A DNA stretch of 64,000 bases, taken from Trypanosoma brucei (lineage: Eukaryota). Below, piece by piece: positions 11,676-22,677 of this stretch. The position numbers and the translations under genes were made by a program. The stretch is taken from NCBI GenBank assembly GCA_000002445.1, contig CM000207.1:480001-544000 (forward strand). The letters run 5' to 3'. The stretch's first letter is position 1; every line of letters begins with the position of its first letter. The notes beneath the pieces are model-generated. The model made no database searches. It was not told where the DNA came from and saw only the letters and a list, made by a program, of their open reading frames with translations.

Positions 11676-12565
11676 CGTGTGCGTGTTTATATTTATGTAA
11701 AAACCTTTTTTTTCCTGGTACCTTCGTGGGGCCGCAGAGTGGTCACAGAACAATCCGCTCCCTTCTGCCCACTCGCGTATGGTTGAAAGGGGTTCACGGT
11801 TACTGCCTCGCGGTATTCCTTCCGCGCCGGGGAATTTTTTTTTTCTGTTGGGTAAGTTCCCAACCACGACTTTAATAGTTTACCTCACGTGGCCCCTTCT
11901 GCGACTCCGAAGTTACTTTTAATTGGGCAACCAGGTACGAGGCAAGAGATTAAATCAAGAAAAGAGTGGAAATGGTAAGAAAATTACGTAAATGAGCGGA
12001 GACTGGTAATATTTTTAAGCACCATCGAGCCCAGGGCCAAAACGAATAAAACCGTAACTGAGGTGAAGAAGAAAATCCAGCAAATATTTGGATGAATGAG
12101 AACTTTCTTTGTCCTCTCCTCCACTGCCCCAAGCGTCCTGCCCGTACAAATTACATGTCGAGATGCACACCGGACAAACAGGGTATAAAAGAATGGAAAT
12201 TAAAGCATTCAGGTATGTGAAAATAAAATAATGAAAAGTAAAAAGGTGAGAAATACTCTAACAGTGCAAAGGAGCTTCCACCACAAAGAAGTCTGTAAAT
12301 GCATCTGAATGCCTAAATGATGCAAGGAAAGCAACGTAAGTAAATGTTAATAATAATAATAAACAAGGAAACGAATTTCACACACAAAAAAAAATAACAG
12401 AAAATCAATAGAACAAATGACACGACTAGTGGTGACGTGCGATAGTCAGTGCTTTAGCCAAGAAAGGGATAAGTGTGACCACGAATGCAACCGTGTCGCA
12501 TCATATCTCGCCCTCACTTCATGTACCACATTTTCTATGTTAAGTGTTGCTACAAGCTACTGCAT

Positions 12566-13717
12566 TTATCGCTCCCTCACGTCTTCCTCTTGTTGGATAG
12601 AACTTAACACAAGTGACAGCAAGCATTCTTGCTGACCTGCTGCCGTGTCATCGTCGCCGGGCCCTTCAGATGCAGTAGCTGCACCGGTTCCATCACATGA
12701 AGCGTTCCGCAACACTGTAAGTGCTTTAGTCCTCATGTTGCACCAATGCGCTTCGTTTTGTTCTCGCTGCTGGCGCCGGTTTACAAGCACATTGCTCGTG
12801 ACGCGGGCTTTCTCGCGCATCGCCTCGCAGATTACATGCGAGTACCACTTATAGATACTCCGGGTGCTGTTATGATTAAGTGAGATGTTATCGAACTTCC
12901 ATTCTTTTGCAAGACATTGTAAGGCAGCTGGAGTGTCAAGCGTCTGTAGGAGCGACAACGATTGAACCGCGGCAGCAAACCCAGCCCCCGACTCTTCTCT
13001 CCTTTCGACCGCGCGACTAACAAGGTACTGCACAACTTCAGAAAAATCTCTCGACGTAAAAGGTAAAGGAGATCCAAGAGGTGCTTGCACATTCAACCGT
13101 TCTGTACCGTTCCCTGTACAATTTATAAATTCCCTTGCAACCCTAACGGTAAGAGAGAGAGCTTCTCCCAGTCGCCGCTTCCGCTTCAGTTGAATTCCAT
13201 GTTTCGCGATAACAGGCAATGTTTCAACAAGTCTTTCCGCATGCACTACCGCTGCTGCACGCTCAAGGCGGGACCTGAGCTCAGACAGCTTTGTGGTGAC
13301 TCGATAGTAAAACCCGTCGACGACATGAGGATTGAACCACGAATTAATGACATACTGTTTCCATAACGACGCCAGCAGTAGCTTCCGTGCCATAAACTGT
13401 GATTCCCGTAACCGATACGCCGACATGGCTTGCATTCGCTCTGCTTCATGTCTGTAATATGAAGGAGCAGATGCCTCAGGGTTGGCGGCAACGGATAAAG
13501 GTAAGGGGAGATGATACACGGTAGGTGCGGTATCAGTGCCTTTGCGTCCAGCAAGTGGCACCTCCTCACGGTGCAGTTGTGTTAATAAGTGGTGCTGTGA
13601 CGCAGCTGTAGAACGGCGCAACTGACGGTATTGGGTGTGCATAATCGTGGCCGCCTCCTCAAGCCGCAGCAACGCGCCCTTTATAGAATCATCAATGCCC
13701 CGACTGCCATGGTTCAT
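12566..13717 (-). CDS. hypothetical protein (383 aa)
   Basis: A long ORF in the same orientation as its neighbours, with normal composition. No recognised motif. Confidence 0.55.
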   Translation of the reverse strand: MNHGSRGIDDSIKGALLRLEEAATIMHTQYRQLRRSTAASQHHLLTQLHREEVPLAGRKGTDTAPTVYHLPLPLSVAANPEASAPSYYRHEAERMQAMSAYRLRESQFMARKLLLASLWKQYVINSWFNPHVVDGFYYRVTTKLSELRSRLERAAAVVHAERLVETLPVIAKHGIQLKRKRRLGEALSLTVRVAREFINCTGNGTERLNVQAPLGSPLPFTSRDFSEVVQYLVSRAVERREESGAGFAAAVQSLSLLQTLDTPAALQCLAKEWKFDNISLNHNSTRSIYKWYSHVICEAMREKARVTSNVLVNRRQQREQNEAHWCNMRTKALTVLRNASCDGTGAATASEGPGDDDTAAGQQECLLSLVLSSIQQEEDVRER

Positions 13718-14732
13718 GTGCCACCACTCACCACTTTCTTTTTTCCTTACCTTCCAGAGTTACGCCGCACACCCGCACACAGGGAACGGTACGTGAAATT
13801 TTTCTTTAGTACGGTTGTGAAGCCTGCTCTTTTTCCTCACACCCTTGTAAAGTGAAAGGCGTGAGGAGTGATGCAATTTAAAACTCTCTAACCTCAGAGA
13901 CTCAACCTGCACACGGTGTTCCTGGTGGAGAAATTGCTATTTATCTACATATATATATGTATATATTGTGAGTAAACAGGTTCGATATGGTAGAGATATG
14001 GCGTATTTAAAGGGGGGAAATACAAGAAAACAGCAGCTTCCACCAAGGGAGGGAAATGATAATCAATTTCTTTCAGTAAAAGTCGGTCAGTTCATCAGGA
14101 TTTGAGGAACCTCATCGAGTAAGGGGGACAACAAACCTTCCCGGTAACCTTTTTTCTTAATTTTTTTCTCTTGGCTTGTTAAATGGAGTCGCTACGCTCG
14201 TTCAGGAAGAAAATAACATGACAACGATCATTAAGTGTTTAAGAAAAAATAGTAACGGTACAGCGTACGCGAAACACTAAATATTTATGCACTCATCCAA
14301 AAACCGTGAAGGGTCGAAGACCAAGGTCAAGGGGCACCAGACCTCAGTTAAAAAAAAGAGGAGTACAGTAAGGTCCAAAAATGAATGCTGATACATGCAG
14401 CTCGCCTCCTCACAAACACATGCGGCGGGTGCCAAAACGAAAAGGATAAAATAAGCACATCAGATGTATCCATAAAATGGAATGCGTATGCATGGTGTGT
14501 ATTTGTCTGTTTGCTTACGATTTTACTTGTCGAAGCCAGATATATTCACTTGTGTATGTGCGTGCAAAGGAATGGGGTAAATGCTGTGCATACAGCCATA
14601 ATGTCCCTCTTTACTCCTCTCCACACTAAACGTAAACGGCTACTGAGCCGTATCCGCCATTTGCCACACCACCTGTGATCATCACTCCGCACACGCGGCA
14701 TGTGATACACATGATGTTAATTCATTTGCATT

Positions 14733-15980
14733 TCATTCCCTACGTACGGGACTCCTTCGCTCCTCTACGTCCTTCCCCACATGTGCGGCGTCATTCCATC
14801 CAGCCGTCTCCAGAGCACCTACAGGAGCGACTGCCGCTTCCCCGGATGCCGGTGATGGGGGGACACCCCCGTGGGTATCGGCAGCACCAGCGCTCACCGA
14901 TGGTCTTCGCCCCCTGCACTTATAGACCACCACCTGTGCTATAACGATTAAGTCTGTAGTTAGTTGGATGCCGCTACACACGAGGAACGGAACAGGTTGT
15001 TCGTACACAATAAAGTAAACCAGTTTGATAATGTCCCCAACGACCCACGTAACCAGGAGAATTAAGGAAAGGCCTTCCGTACACTTGCGGCGATGATTGC
15101 GCAGGATTTGCGGCACCAGCAGCATCGCTTCAAAAATAAGTGCTGTGTACCCAACAACCTGTGGCGCATCCTTCCACGCAGGAATCATGATCAGATAGTA
15201 CAACAGTGTGGTCATAAACATCCCAAGACCCATCATGACACAACGACGTGTGAAGGCACTGGGTGTGTGGGACAGAACACTTTCCTCCAAGCGAACGATA
15301 TGATGGTCCAACCAGTGCAACGGTCCCTGCAAGAATGGAACCCGATCTGCTACAGTAGCGTAGCTGGAGGAATCATCCGGGGAAATCTGTGGTGGTTGCA
15401 ACTCACTTTGGTCAATACAGATCGTCTCATCAACTGTTTTGCCCACGTGTGACCCATTTTCCACAGATCCTACTGGTGCGTCGATACCAATCACAGAACA
15501 CTGACGAATGCATAACAGACGAACAAGCAGCACCATGTGCACGGCCACTGCAACGGCAGACTGGAAGAGCAGCGGAAGCGCATAAGGATTACCCATAAAA
15601 TATAAAATTCTGATATCATTGCTGACAAGCAATATGACAGAAACTAGTGGAGAGTACCCATCTATTATTCCCGTTTTGTTCATTTCGTATAACTGAACGA
15701 GGTAACCAATGTGTGGCCCAAAAATCATTCCAATGGAAAATAGCAGCGACACCAGTTCCTTCGATGAGACCGTATTTGTTGTGTTCTCATCCGCTTTTGG
15801 AGTACTTGTGGAGGTGGGGGAGGGGCCTCCGTCCAGGGAAGCATAGGCGTGAAGCGCTAATAGTAAGATGAGTGCCGATGCGAGGCGAAGGAAGGAGCGA
15901 AAACGTTCAGAAAACGTTGGTGTTGTTTCCATGGAAGCTACTCCCCTTCTCGATAGACGCCTTATCTTTTGTTTGAACAA
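14733..15980 (-). CDS. PQ-loop repeat family multi-pass membrane protein (415 aa)
   Basis: There are multiple hydrophobic helices. A canonical PQ-loop motif, VPQILRNHRRKCTEGLSLILLVTWVVGD, is present, and an N-terminal first loop region is degenerate. This fold is seen in cystinosin, MPDU1 and PQLC-type transporters. Confidence 0.7.
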   Translation of the reverse strand: MFKQKIRRLSRRGVASMETTPTFSERFRSFLRLASALILLLALHAYASLDGGPSPTSTSTPKADENTTNTVSSKELVSLLFSIGMIFGPHIGYLVQLYEMNKTGIIDGYSPLVSVILLVSNDIRILYFMGNPYALPLLFQSAVAVAVHMVLLVRLLCIRQCSVIGIDAPVGSVENGSHVGKTVDETICIDQSELQPPQISPDDSSSYATVADRVPFLQGPLHWLDHHIVRLEESVLSHTPSAFTRRCVMMGLGMFMTTLLYYLIMIPAWKDAPQVVGYTALIFEAMLLVPQILRNHRRKCTEGLSLILLVTWVVGDIIKLVYFIVYEQPVPFLVCSGIQLTTDLIVIAQVVVYKCRGRRPSVSAGAADTHGGVPPSPASGEAAVAPVGALETAGWNDAAHVGKDVEERRSPVRRE

Positions 15981-16399
15981 GTGTACACACGCCCCTATAT
16001 ACCAAGCGTTATTACGGCGCTATATCACCACCAAGCCAATTAGTAATCGTCTTCCTGCTACAGCTTCTAGGGTCCTCACTAAGGTATGAAGAGGAGATGG
16101 TTGCGACGTGTAGGGAAGGGAATAAACACATAATTAGTCACAGTTTAGTTGCTTAGTTGGTTTAAAGCTCGCACCATATTCCCTACCAACCCCTACGCCT
16201 GGTTTGTAGAAGTAAATAGTGAGGAGCAAAATCTACCAACCCTAAAATTGTTGAGCATGCAATGGCGAAAGTCGTACCATGCCTTATTTTATTTGTCGTT
16301 TCGTCTCTGTAAAAGATGCCACTGCGGGGGTCACCGCCGAGTTCTCGATTTCGGTGTGGTATCGCCCCCCCCCAACGCGTTCGATAAACCAAAGCCCCC

Positions 16400-18589
16400 T
16401 CAGTGCAGAGCAGCCGCAGACCTCCCCTTATTTCCTCCAGTTGACTCTGCTACAGAAACCAATTCTAACGAATGCACAACCTTCTTTCCGAGGGGTATGA
16501 GACGCTCAATCGTCTCAGCAACAGCGGCACGTGACTTTGATGTTTTCACTGCTCCTAACACGCCCGGTTCCCCGCATCCCCTTGCTTTATCACAGTCTGC
16601 ACGCTGGTCGCCAACGCTCGCACTAACATTACCAACAGTGGCACTGGCGCGACCCATAGACTCCAGAAGGGTTTGTAAGCGTTCCACGCACTCATACATG
16701 CGGAGTTCCACAGTAGAGCGAGCACCCTCTTTCGTTCGCAGCACGCCCCACAGCACGGCGTACACCTGAGCGATTATGCCGCACTGCTGAAACAACAACA
16801 TATGCTCGACAGAAGTTTGGGAAACGAAAAAAGAAGAAATGTCCTCGCGGTGCTTGCGTTCCATGCCGGCAAGAGCTGACGCGCTATCGATCAACAAGGC
16901 GTGAAGAACCGCCAAGGTATTAGGTGAAGACACTGCCGTGTCCTCCTCGGAAAGATTTGAGAGTAGCTGAACTGAACGGATAAGTAGTTCAAAATCCTCC
17001 CTATCGTACAGAAGCACATCTGTGCCCTCGCGTTCCATCTTCCGCTTGTGTGAAACGTGAATTTGGTGTATAGCGGACAAAGCGATGCCACTTACTGCCC
17101 CGGTTGAGAGCATTTCGATTACCCTCATTGCCGCCTCTGTGGGAATAACGGCGGACACCCCATCGCCTTTCCTGTCAACATCTGAGCCAGTGCGCATGTC
17201 ACAGTGCACGTCTGTAATTGCGGCTGCGTTAGCCAACTCTCGCTCACTTAAGTCTTTCCGGGTGGATGTTAGTGCGGCAAAGGCAGTCACAGCATTTGCA
17301 AGCAAGTCTTGCTGTAGCTGTTTTTCCTCCAGAAGTCCCGCCGCTCCCAAACCCGTCAGGCTGATACCCACCAATCTCACTACCTCCACTATACTTCGCA
17401 CGCAATCCTTGCCACCATTTGCAGCACTCGCATCGGATTTTGAAATCTGGTGCAACACCTCGTACACCATCGGTAGGTTGCTACCGCAGGTTGTCAGATT
17501 CTTCAGAGACATCCATGCCTTTTGCAAGGGTGGCAAGTAGGACAACACCGCAGACCGTTGGGAGCGCGAAGCTGTGGGGAAGTGCAAACAACCACCACTC
17601 TGCTCCGCAGAAGTATCACAAATGGCGCTACTGTCGTGCGACTCCCTGTTCCTTTCTTCGCCGTATCTGTTGTCATTACACAAGTCAATTTTATCAGGCC
17701 GCGTACCAAGCAGAATCAGTCTCGACAGCCAAAACAAATAGTACACCACTGCCTTAACGGTCATGTAATCCGCCTCCTCGTATCGGTAGCTCACTCCCGT
17801 GGCATTATCCCCAGCAGAACTAATAAGCAACCGAGCAACCGCCCCCAGTGCCGCATCTAGTGTCGTTCGCTGCTCAGTACTGAGCAGGCACTCCGTCACT
17901 CCATTCTTCACTGCATCGTAGCGGTTCATCCCATATACTTCCTCCATGATGGCAAGCAAAGTGGTACTGAGAATGGATTCACCACCTGCTAAAACCGCCC
18001 GACGTGCGCCGTCACGCGAAAGGCAAACAAGGTTTAGTACAGCAAGTGCAGCCCACGCCCGTCCCCGTGGACTGAGGTAGCGGTATTTTGTAAGCGTACC
18101 TAGCGCCAATTCTACAGCCCCCTGTTCAACTAGTGAGTCTGACGTGTCGGCATCACCGCGGCTCTCATCTCCTTGGGATGAACAATACGAAGCACCGCTC
18201 GCCAGTTGGCACATATTGGCAACACAACGACAACATCCCTCACAGATGGTCGCATCATCCAAGTGTGATTGCATCAAGTGCAGCACTAAATGTGGTGCTC
18301 CGTTACCCGAACCACCACTGACTCCATCTTGCTCGGTGTAGATACCGCTCTTGGTCGCGTTAAATGACGCAATCGATGCCGTAACATCATCCGTCACGTC
18401 CAAGTCTAGCAACCGCTGGAGTGCAGCGCGGGTTAGCGTTGCGTCGCCGGACTCGTGGTGCTCCGCCAGAACTTGGAGTGTTTGGGCTAATGTGGCCCTC
18501 GGATGTTGAAGTATACGTCCACCTGTGTCCATGAACAGTTCTCTGCTCTCTGCTAAGCTAATCCATCGCATGAAGGAGCGCCGTAACAT
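16400..18589 (-). CDS. hypothetical alpha-helical (ARM/HEAT-like) protein. The start is trimmed to MLRRSF (about 730 aa).
   Basis: The track ORF extends to 18886, which would leave only 64 bp to the upstream gene. The 5' extension crosses a polypyrimidine (minus-strand) spacer. The internal Met at 18589 gives a plausible intergenic gap. Confidence 0.55.
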   Translation of the reverse strand: MLRRSFMRWISLAESRELFMDTGGRILQHPRATLAQTLQVLAEHHESGDATLTRAALQRLLDLDVTDDVTASIASFNATKSGIYTEQDGVSGGSGNGAPHLVLHLMQSHLDDATICEGCCRCVANMCQLASGASYCSSQGDESRGDADTSDSLVEQGAVELALGTLTKYRYLSPRGRAWAALAVLNLVCLSRDGARRAVLAGGESILSTTLLAIMEEVYGMNRYDAVKNGVTECLLSTEQRTTLDAALGAVARLLISSAGDNATGVSYRYEEADYMTVKAVVYYLFWLSRLILLGTRPDKIDLCNDNRYGEERNRESHDSSAICDTSAEQSGGCLHFPTASRSQRSAVLSYLPPLQKAWMSLKNLTTCGSNLPMVYEVLHQISKSDASAANGGKDCVRSIVEVVRLVGISLTGLGAAGLLEEKQLQQDLLANAVTAFAALTSTRKDLSERELANAAAITDVHCDMRTGSDVDRKGDGVSAVIPTEAAMRVIEMLSTGAVSGIALSAIHQIHVSHKRKMEREGTDVLLYDREDFELLIRSVQLLSNLSEEDTAVSSPNTLAVLHALLIDSASALAGMERKHREDISSFFVSQTSVEHMLLFQQCGIIAQVYAVLWGVLRTKEGARSTVELRMYECVERLQTLLESMGRASATVGNVSASVGDQRADCDKARGCGEPGVLGAVKTSKSRAAVAETIERLIPLGKKVVHSLELVSVAESTGGNKGRSAAALH

Positions 18590-18949
18590 AACTGTAGCAC
18601 TGATAACCTTCAACTTACAATATTTCAAGGTGTCCTGTGGCACCACCGTGAGGATGTTCTTTCCTTTTTTCCTCTTGCAAAGATGGCAGCAAATGCCTAA
18701 ACAAAATGTCTGGTCAGGTGTTGAAGGGACACAGAAGAATGCGATGACAGAAAAAGAATTGAAGAAGAGAACGTGCCAAAGGGGGTAATAAAGTTGAATA
18801 TGAAGTATCAAAGAACACAAATTCAGAAACCGGGGCAATGCAGAATCCCCTGCACCTCGGCACGCAGCCATCCGTGGGGTCACCACCGCTAACTCCCAGC
18901 GGCCATAACACCAACCTTTCGAGCCTGACCACTCCCAGCCTCCCAGTAC

Positions 18950-19249
18950 TCAACGCTTACCGCCTTTCTTCGTGCCACTGAGTGAACCCTTTCGTGCATT
19001 TTCCTTTGCGCCTGCAGCCTTACCGAATTTTCCACTGCTGTTGTACCCCCCAGGGCGGAACTTCCGTTTGGTTACGCCCCCTTTCTTCGTGATGACGTTG
19101 CGATACGAGAGTTTACGAGGAGTCGAGCGGCTCTCTTTAATTTTCATACTGCGAATTTGATTGTATGTTTTACTCTTCCGCTTCTTAGGAATAAACGGTT
19201 TACCACGTTCCTTTGCTGTCCGGCGGAGTTGGTTGTTGCTGCGTCCCAT
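18950..19249 (-). CDS. small basic Lys/Arg-rich protein (99 aa), possibly nucleolar or ribosome-associated
   Basis: The ORF is trimmed from 19456 to the Met of MGRSNNQLRR. The upstream part is low-complexity, UTR-like sequence. The product is highly basic, with KKRK motifs. Confidence 0.45.
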   Translation of the reverse strand: MGRSNNQLRRTAKERGKPFIPKKRKSKTYNQIRSMKIKESRSTPRKLSYRNVITKKGGVTKRKFRPGGYNSSGKFGKAAGAKENARKGSLSGTKKGGKR

Positions 19250-19869
19250 TGGCGCAAGCTCTCCGCCGTAAGTGGCACTTTGGGTAAAGGGAATACTTTC
19301 AGCGAAAAAAAAAACAAAAAGAAAAGGCATGTGGAGGGGTGAGAGGAGGAAAAAATATTGCCATGGGCGTGTGCATAAACATATCGCATGTTTTTTTTTT
19401 TTTGGGGAGGGGGGGAAATAAGACAAAATAAATTCCACCTCCTGGTCGAAAAACAAAAGAGGTTACATGGGACTGCGCGCTAACGCAACAGCGGAGAAGG
19501 AAAAAAAAAACACTAGTAAGACAGTCAACAGAAACCGTCAACAATCATAAGCAAAGCAAAATGAAAGCTGCAATAGGTTGAAAAGGGAGGCACGTTTGTA
19601 AACAGCTTCCTTCTCCACCGAAGAATGAGTTCAAATACGTCATACATAAGAGAGTAAGTAAAACTGCGTTAAATTCAAGAGCTTAAAAAAAAAAAAAAAA
19701 CATCTCCTCAAGAGGTACAGGAAGATATGTAAGGAGAAGAATTATGAAGCAGCGGAAACGAAGCGGTTTTGAGCACGTTTCCGGGCCGTATAATTACTCG
19801 CTGACCTTTATTGTTAGTACGGAAGGGAACAAAGAAGGAAGTAGAAACGCTGCTCGTAATGTCCTATTT

Positions 19870-20364
19870 TTATTCTACCGTATGCAAGGGAAGATCGTCC
19901 AACGGAAAGGGTTTACAGGAGATGAATTTCATTCCACTCAAAGCACCTGCGTCCGTTTCGCTGTCGTCTTCTTCCATGTATTCGGACAGTTCAATTTCCT
20001 CAACATCTCCATCATATTCTCCCCTAGAGCCTCTTTTCCCCATGCGACGCTTTTTCTCCAGTGTCTCTGGATAACACGCTTCATCACTAGAAAATCTTCT
20101 CACGATCCGCTCACTGTATGACCTAATTGAAGCGGCTGCTGCCCAGAACGAGGGGTAAAGGCGGCGGGCGACGCGTCGTAGCACACCAGTAGGAATCCAA
20201 TCCAGTTTCACATCGAAATACTGCGTGGCAAATGTCCTGGTAGAGTTGTGGGAACAAAACTCCACCTGTACATTATTTAAGGGCATTGGTTCTTCAGAAA
20301 TAGTCCACGTCGAGCAGGGGTCAATACCTCCTTCCGAGGTGACAGTGGGAGGCACAAACGTCAC
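19870..20364 (-). CDS. hypothetical protein (164 aa)
   Basis: An ORF within a complex-sequence block, in the same orientation as neighbours, with an acidic C-terminal tail. Confidence 0.4.
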   Translation of the reverse strand: MTFVPPTVTSEGGIDPCSTWTISEEPMPLNNVQVEFCSHNSTRTFATQYFDVKLDWIPTGVLRRVARRLYPSFWAAAASIRSYSERIVRRFSSDEACYPETLEKKRRMGKRGSRGEYDGDVEEIELSEYMEEDDSETDAGALSGMKFISCKPFPLDDLPLHTVE

Positions 20365-21306
20365 AATCTAATTAAACCCCTCCCACGAATATTTTATGTA
20401 TATAGTTGTCTGAGCGCTTGCGCCACCGCCCGTTAACGTTAACTCTCTATAGGGTATTCCTGTTGTTTCCCGTAGTTTTTTTTTCTTGACCAGCTCCTAA
20501 ATCCTCTTCAGTGACGCGTCGAACTGAGTCCCAAGAAGCACAGACGCACCCCAGAATAAAAATAATTCTAAGGGAAAGAAGAAAAGGTGGACTAGGGTAA
20601 TTTTACATGATGTTATTCGGACAACTTCTGTCAATCAAAGCAATATTTAGAAAACAAAAACAAAAACAACCGTACATGCATGTGTATGTTACTTTTATAC
20701 GCAACTTTCCTTCCCCTCCCCACACACGTTCCCCAACACCTAAGGTCAAAGCACCACAGCGAATGGGAGGTGTCATGTCTGGGAAGGAGGTCCTCCCCAA
20801 CGGAGGGGAGAAGGAGAAGGGGGAAAAGAGTTCCATGAGAGCAGAAAAGAAAACAAAGAAACTGAACGGCGTCCCATAGGCATGTGCGACGCCTCATCAC
20901 AGCGTGTCTCTGTGTGTGTGTGTGTGAAGGGAGGGGTAAAAATGGAAGAACAATCACAAAGTCCATACACAAGGGCAGCCAATGTTTCTTCATTCCAACA
21001 GGAAACCACCAAGAAACCCGTCCGACTGCTCACGTAAAAAATTGTTTTTTAAAAAAATCAAAAAGCATTAAAAGGGAGGAAAACACACACCCTAAACACG
21101 TCCCTGCGTGCGGTTTACTCCATGGCCTTCCCACATATTTTCCTTCGTTCCTCTTGTCTTCATCTGCCCCATTTCCTTCCAACCACTCCACACACGGAAT
21201 CACGGAATGTCTCCACACCAACAGAGAAAAGAGGAGAGAATCAGCAAAAACGACAAAAAGATGTTTAGGACACCATCAAGATAACACAATAACCCCCAAA
21301 AGTAAC

Positions 21307-22677
21307 TCACCAATACTTATGTGACTCTTTCATTCTCATTTTTTCCCTCTTAAAGGGGCATTCCTCAGGCAGCATAGTGAACACCGACTGCGATGACAAC
21401 GATCCCTGCACGACTGAGCATCCTTGCTCTGTGGTTCTCTTGATGTTTCGCCCATGTTCGCCCTCGTCCTCGTCATCTTCCTCCTCTTCGTCATCTGAGT
21501 TCACGATGAAGCCAGAAAGGCTCGTATCTGAATCATCATCAGCTGCCATCAGCCGTTCCTCAGTGGATGTGGATGAGCGCAAGCTTGTGGTGTCGCTGTC
21601 CATTCCCATCTCGCGGCAACACACCTTACAGTAGCCGATTTCCGACTCATACTTTGGCCCGCCACAAGCCTCATGGCGCAGAACGTTGCACCGAACGCAC
21701 TGGAACAGCGAGCCACCTTCTCCACACTCAGCGCAAACCACCTCGATTGCTCCGTTAGTTTGTGAAGCCTTCACCGCTTCTTCCACCGATAACACAAAAA
21801 CAGAGCCAGATGTACCACTGTTATGAGGGGGCGAATCGTATGGAGTTACCAAATCCACGATTTCGCAGTCACCGTGACGCCTCGTTTCGTCATCGTCGTT
21901 TGTTTTACCATTTAGTGTTCCTCCTTCTGCGTACTGCGTCTGAGTTCCGTTTCGACTTGTGGCGGAAGGAGAATCATGACATTGCTCAGTGGCAGAACTC
22001 TGCACATGGTGTGATCGCCTCACATGAGCCTCATCGCCATCACCGGCTACGCCAGTTCCATTTCTGTTCTCGTAACTTTCAACAGCGCTAGCGGCAATGG
22101 TGCCGGAGGCGGCATCGACTGACGCTAGTGCGAGAAGTTTTTCACCCATTTGACGCACAGCGTCCTTCATGGAGGAATGCCTCTCGTAGGACCTGTCGAA
22201 TTTCATCTGCTCCCTATTAAGAAGGCGAAGGAGGATCCTTTCTCCTTTACTAAGTTTTATGCATGTATTTTGTTGAAACAAATTCGACAGAAACTTATCA
22301 ATATCAGCGGGGACCTCCCGGCGCCACGGGGCCGGTTCCAACAACCTCAGGGAGCCCTCCTGAGCTTCAGCACCGCCGTCATCGGCTTCACCTTCCTCTC
22401 TCTTCCTCTTCTTTTTCTTCCTCCTACCTTCCTCCTCGAAATTGCTGTCGCATTCCTTGAATGTTTCAGCCGCTTCTTCTCGGTTAAATTGTTTGAGAAA
22501 CGATGGTGGGAAGGCGCGCTTAAGTGCGGGAAGAACTCCTTCCAACCACCGAAAGGCGCCCTCATGGTCTTGCGAATTACGCGGTGTTTCACAACTTCCA
22601 CCGCTTACAACGTAGAGATGGTAAACACTCGCGACGGCACGCCACTGTTTAGGTGTCAGTTCTAACAAATCACCCAT
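21307..22677 (-). CDS. PHD-type zinc-finger protein (456 aa)
   Basis: The motif VVCAECGEGGSLFQCVRCNVLRHEACGGPKYESEIGYCKVCC has C4-H-C3 spacing typical of a PHD finger. It also has a basic KKKKRKREE stretch and acidic or serine-rich tails. Confidence 0.65.
   Translation of the reverse strand: MGDLLELTPKQWRAVASVYHLYVVSGGSCETPRNSQDHEGAFRWLEGVLPALKRAFPPSFLKQFNREEAAETFKECDSNFEEEGRRKKKKRKREEGEADDGGAEAQEGSLRLLEPAPWRREVPADIDKFLSNLFQQNTCIKLSKGERILLRLLNREQMKFDRSYERHSSMKDAVRQMGEKLLALASVDAASGTIAASAVESYENRNGTGVAGDGDEAHVRRSHHVQSSATEQCHDSPSATSRNGTQTQYAEGGTLNGKTNDDDETRRHGDCEIVDLVTPYDSPPHNSGTSGSVFVLSVEEAVKASQTNGAIEVVCAECGEGGSLFQCVRCNVLRHEACGGPKYESEIGYCKVCCREMGMDSDTTSLRSSTSTEERLMAADDDSDTSLSGFIVNSDDEEEEDDEDEGEHGRNIKRTTEQGCSVVQGSLSSQSVFTMLPEECPFKREKMRMKESHKYW

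Noticed and set aside
9276-11867. Full 863-aa reading of the kinase ORF
   Set aside because: The first 84 codons run through the (TA)15 tract and simple sequence (YIYIYIYIYIGREG). The start was trimmed to MGCNTS at 11615.
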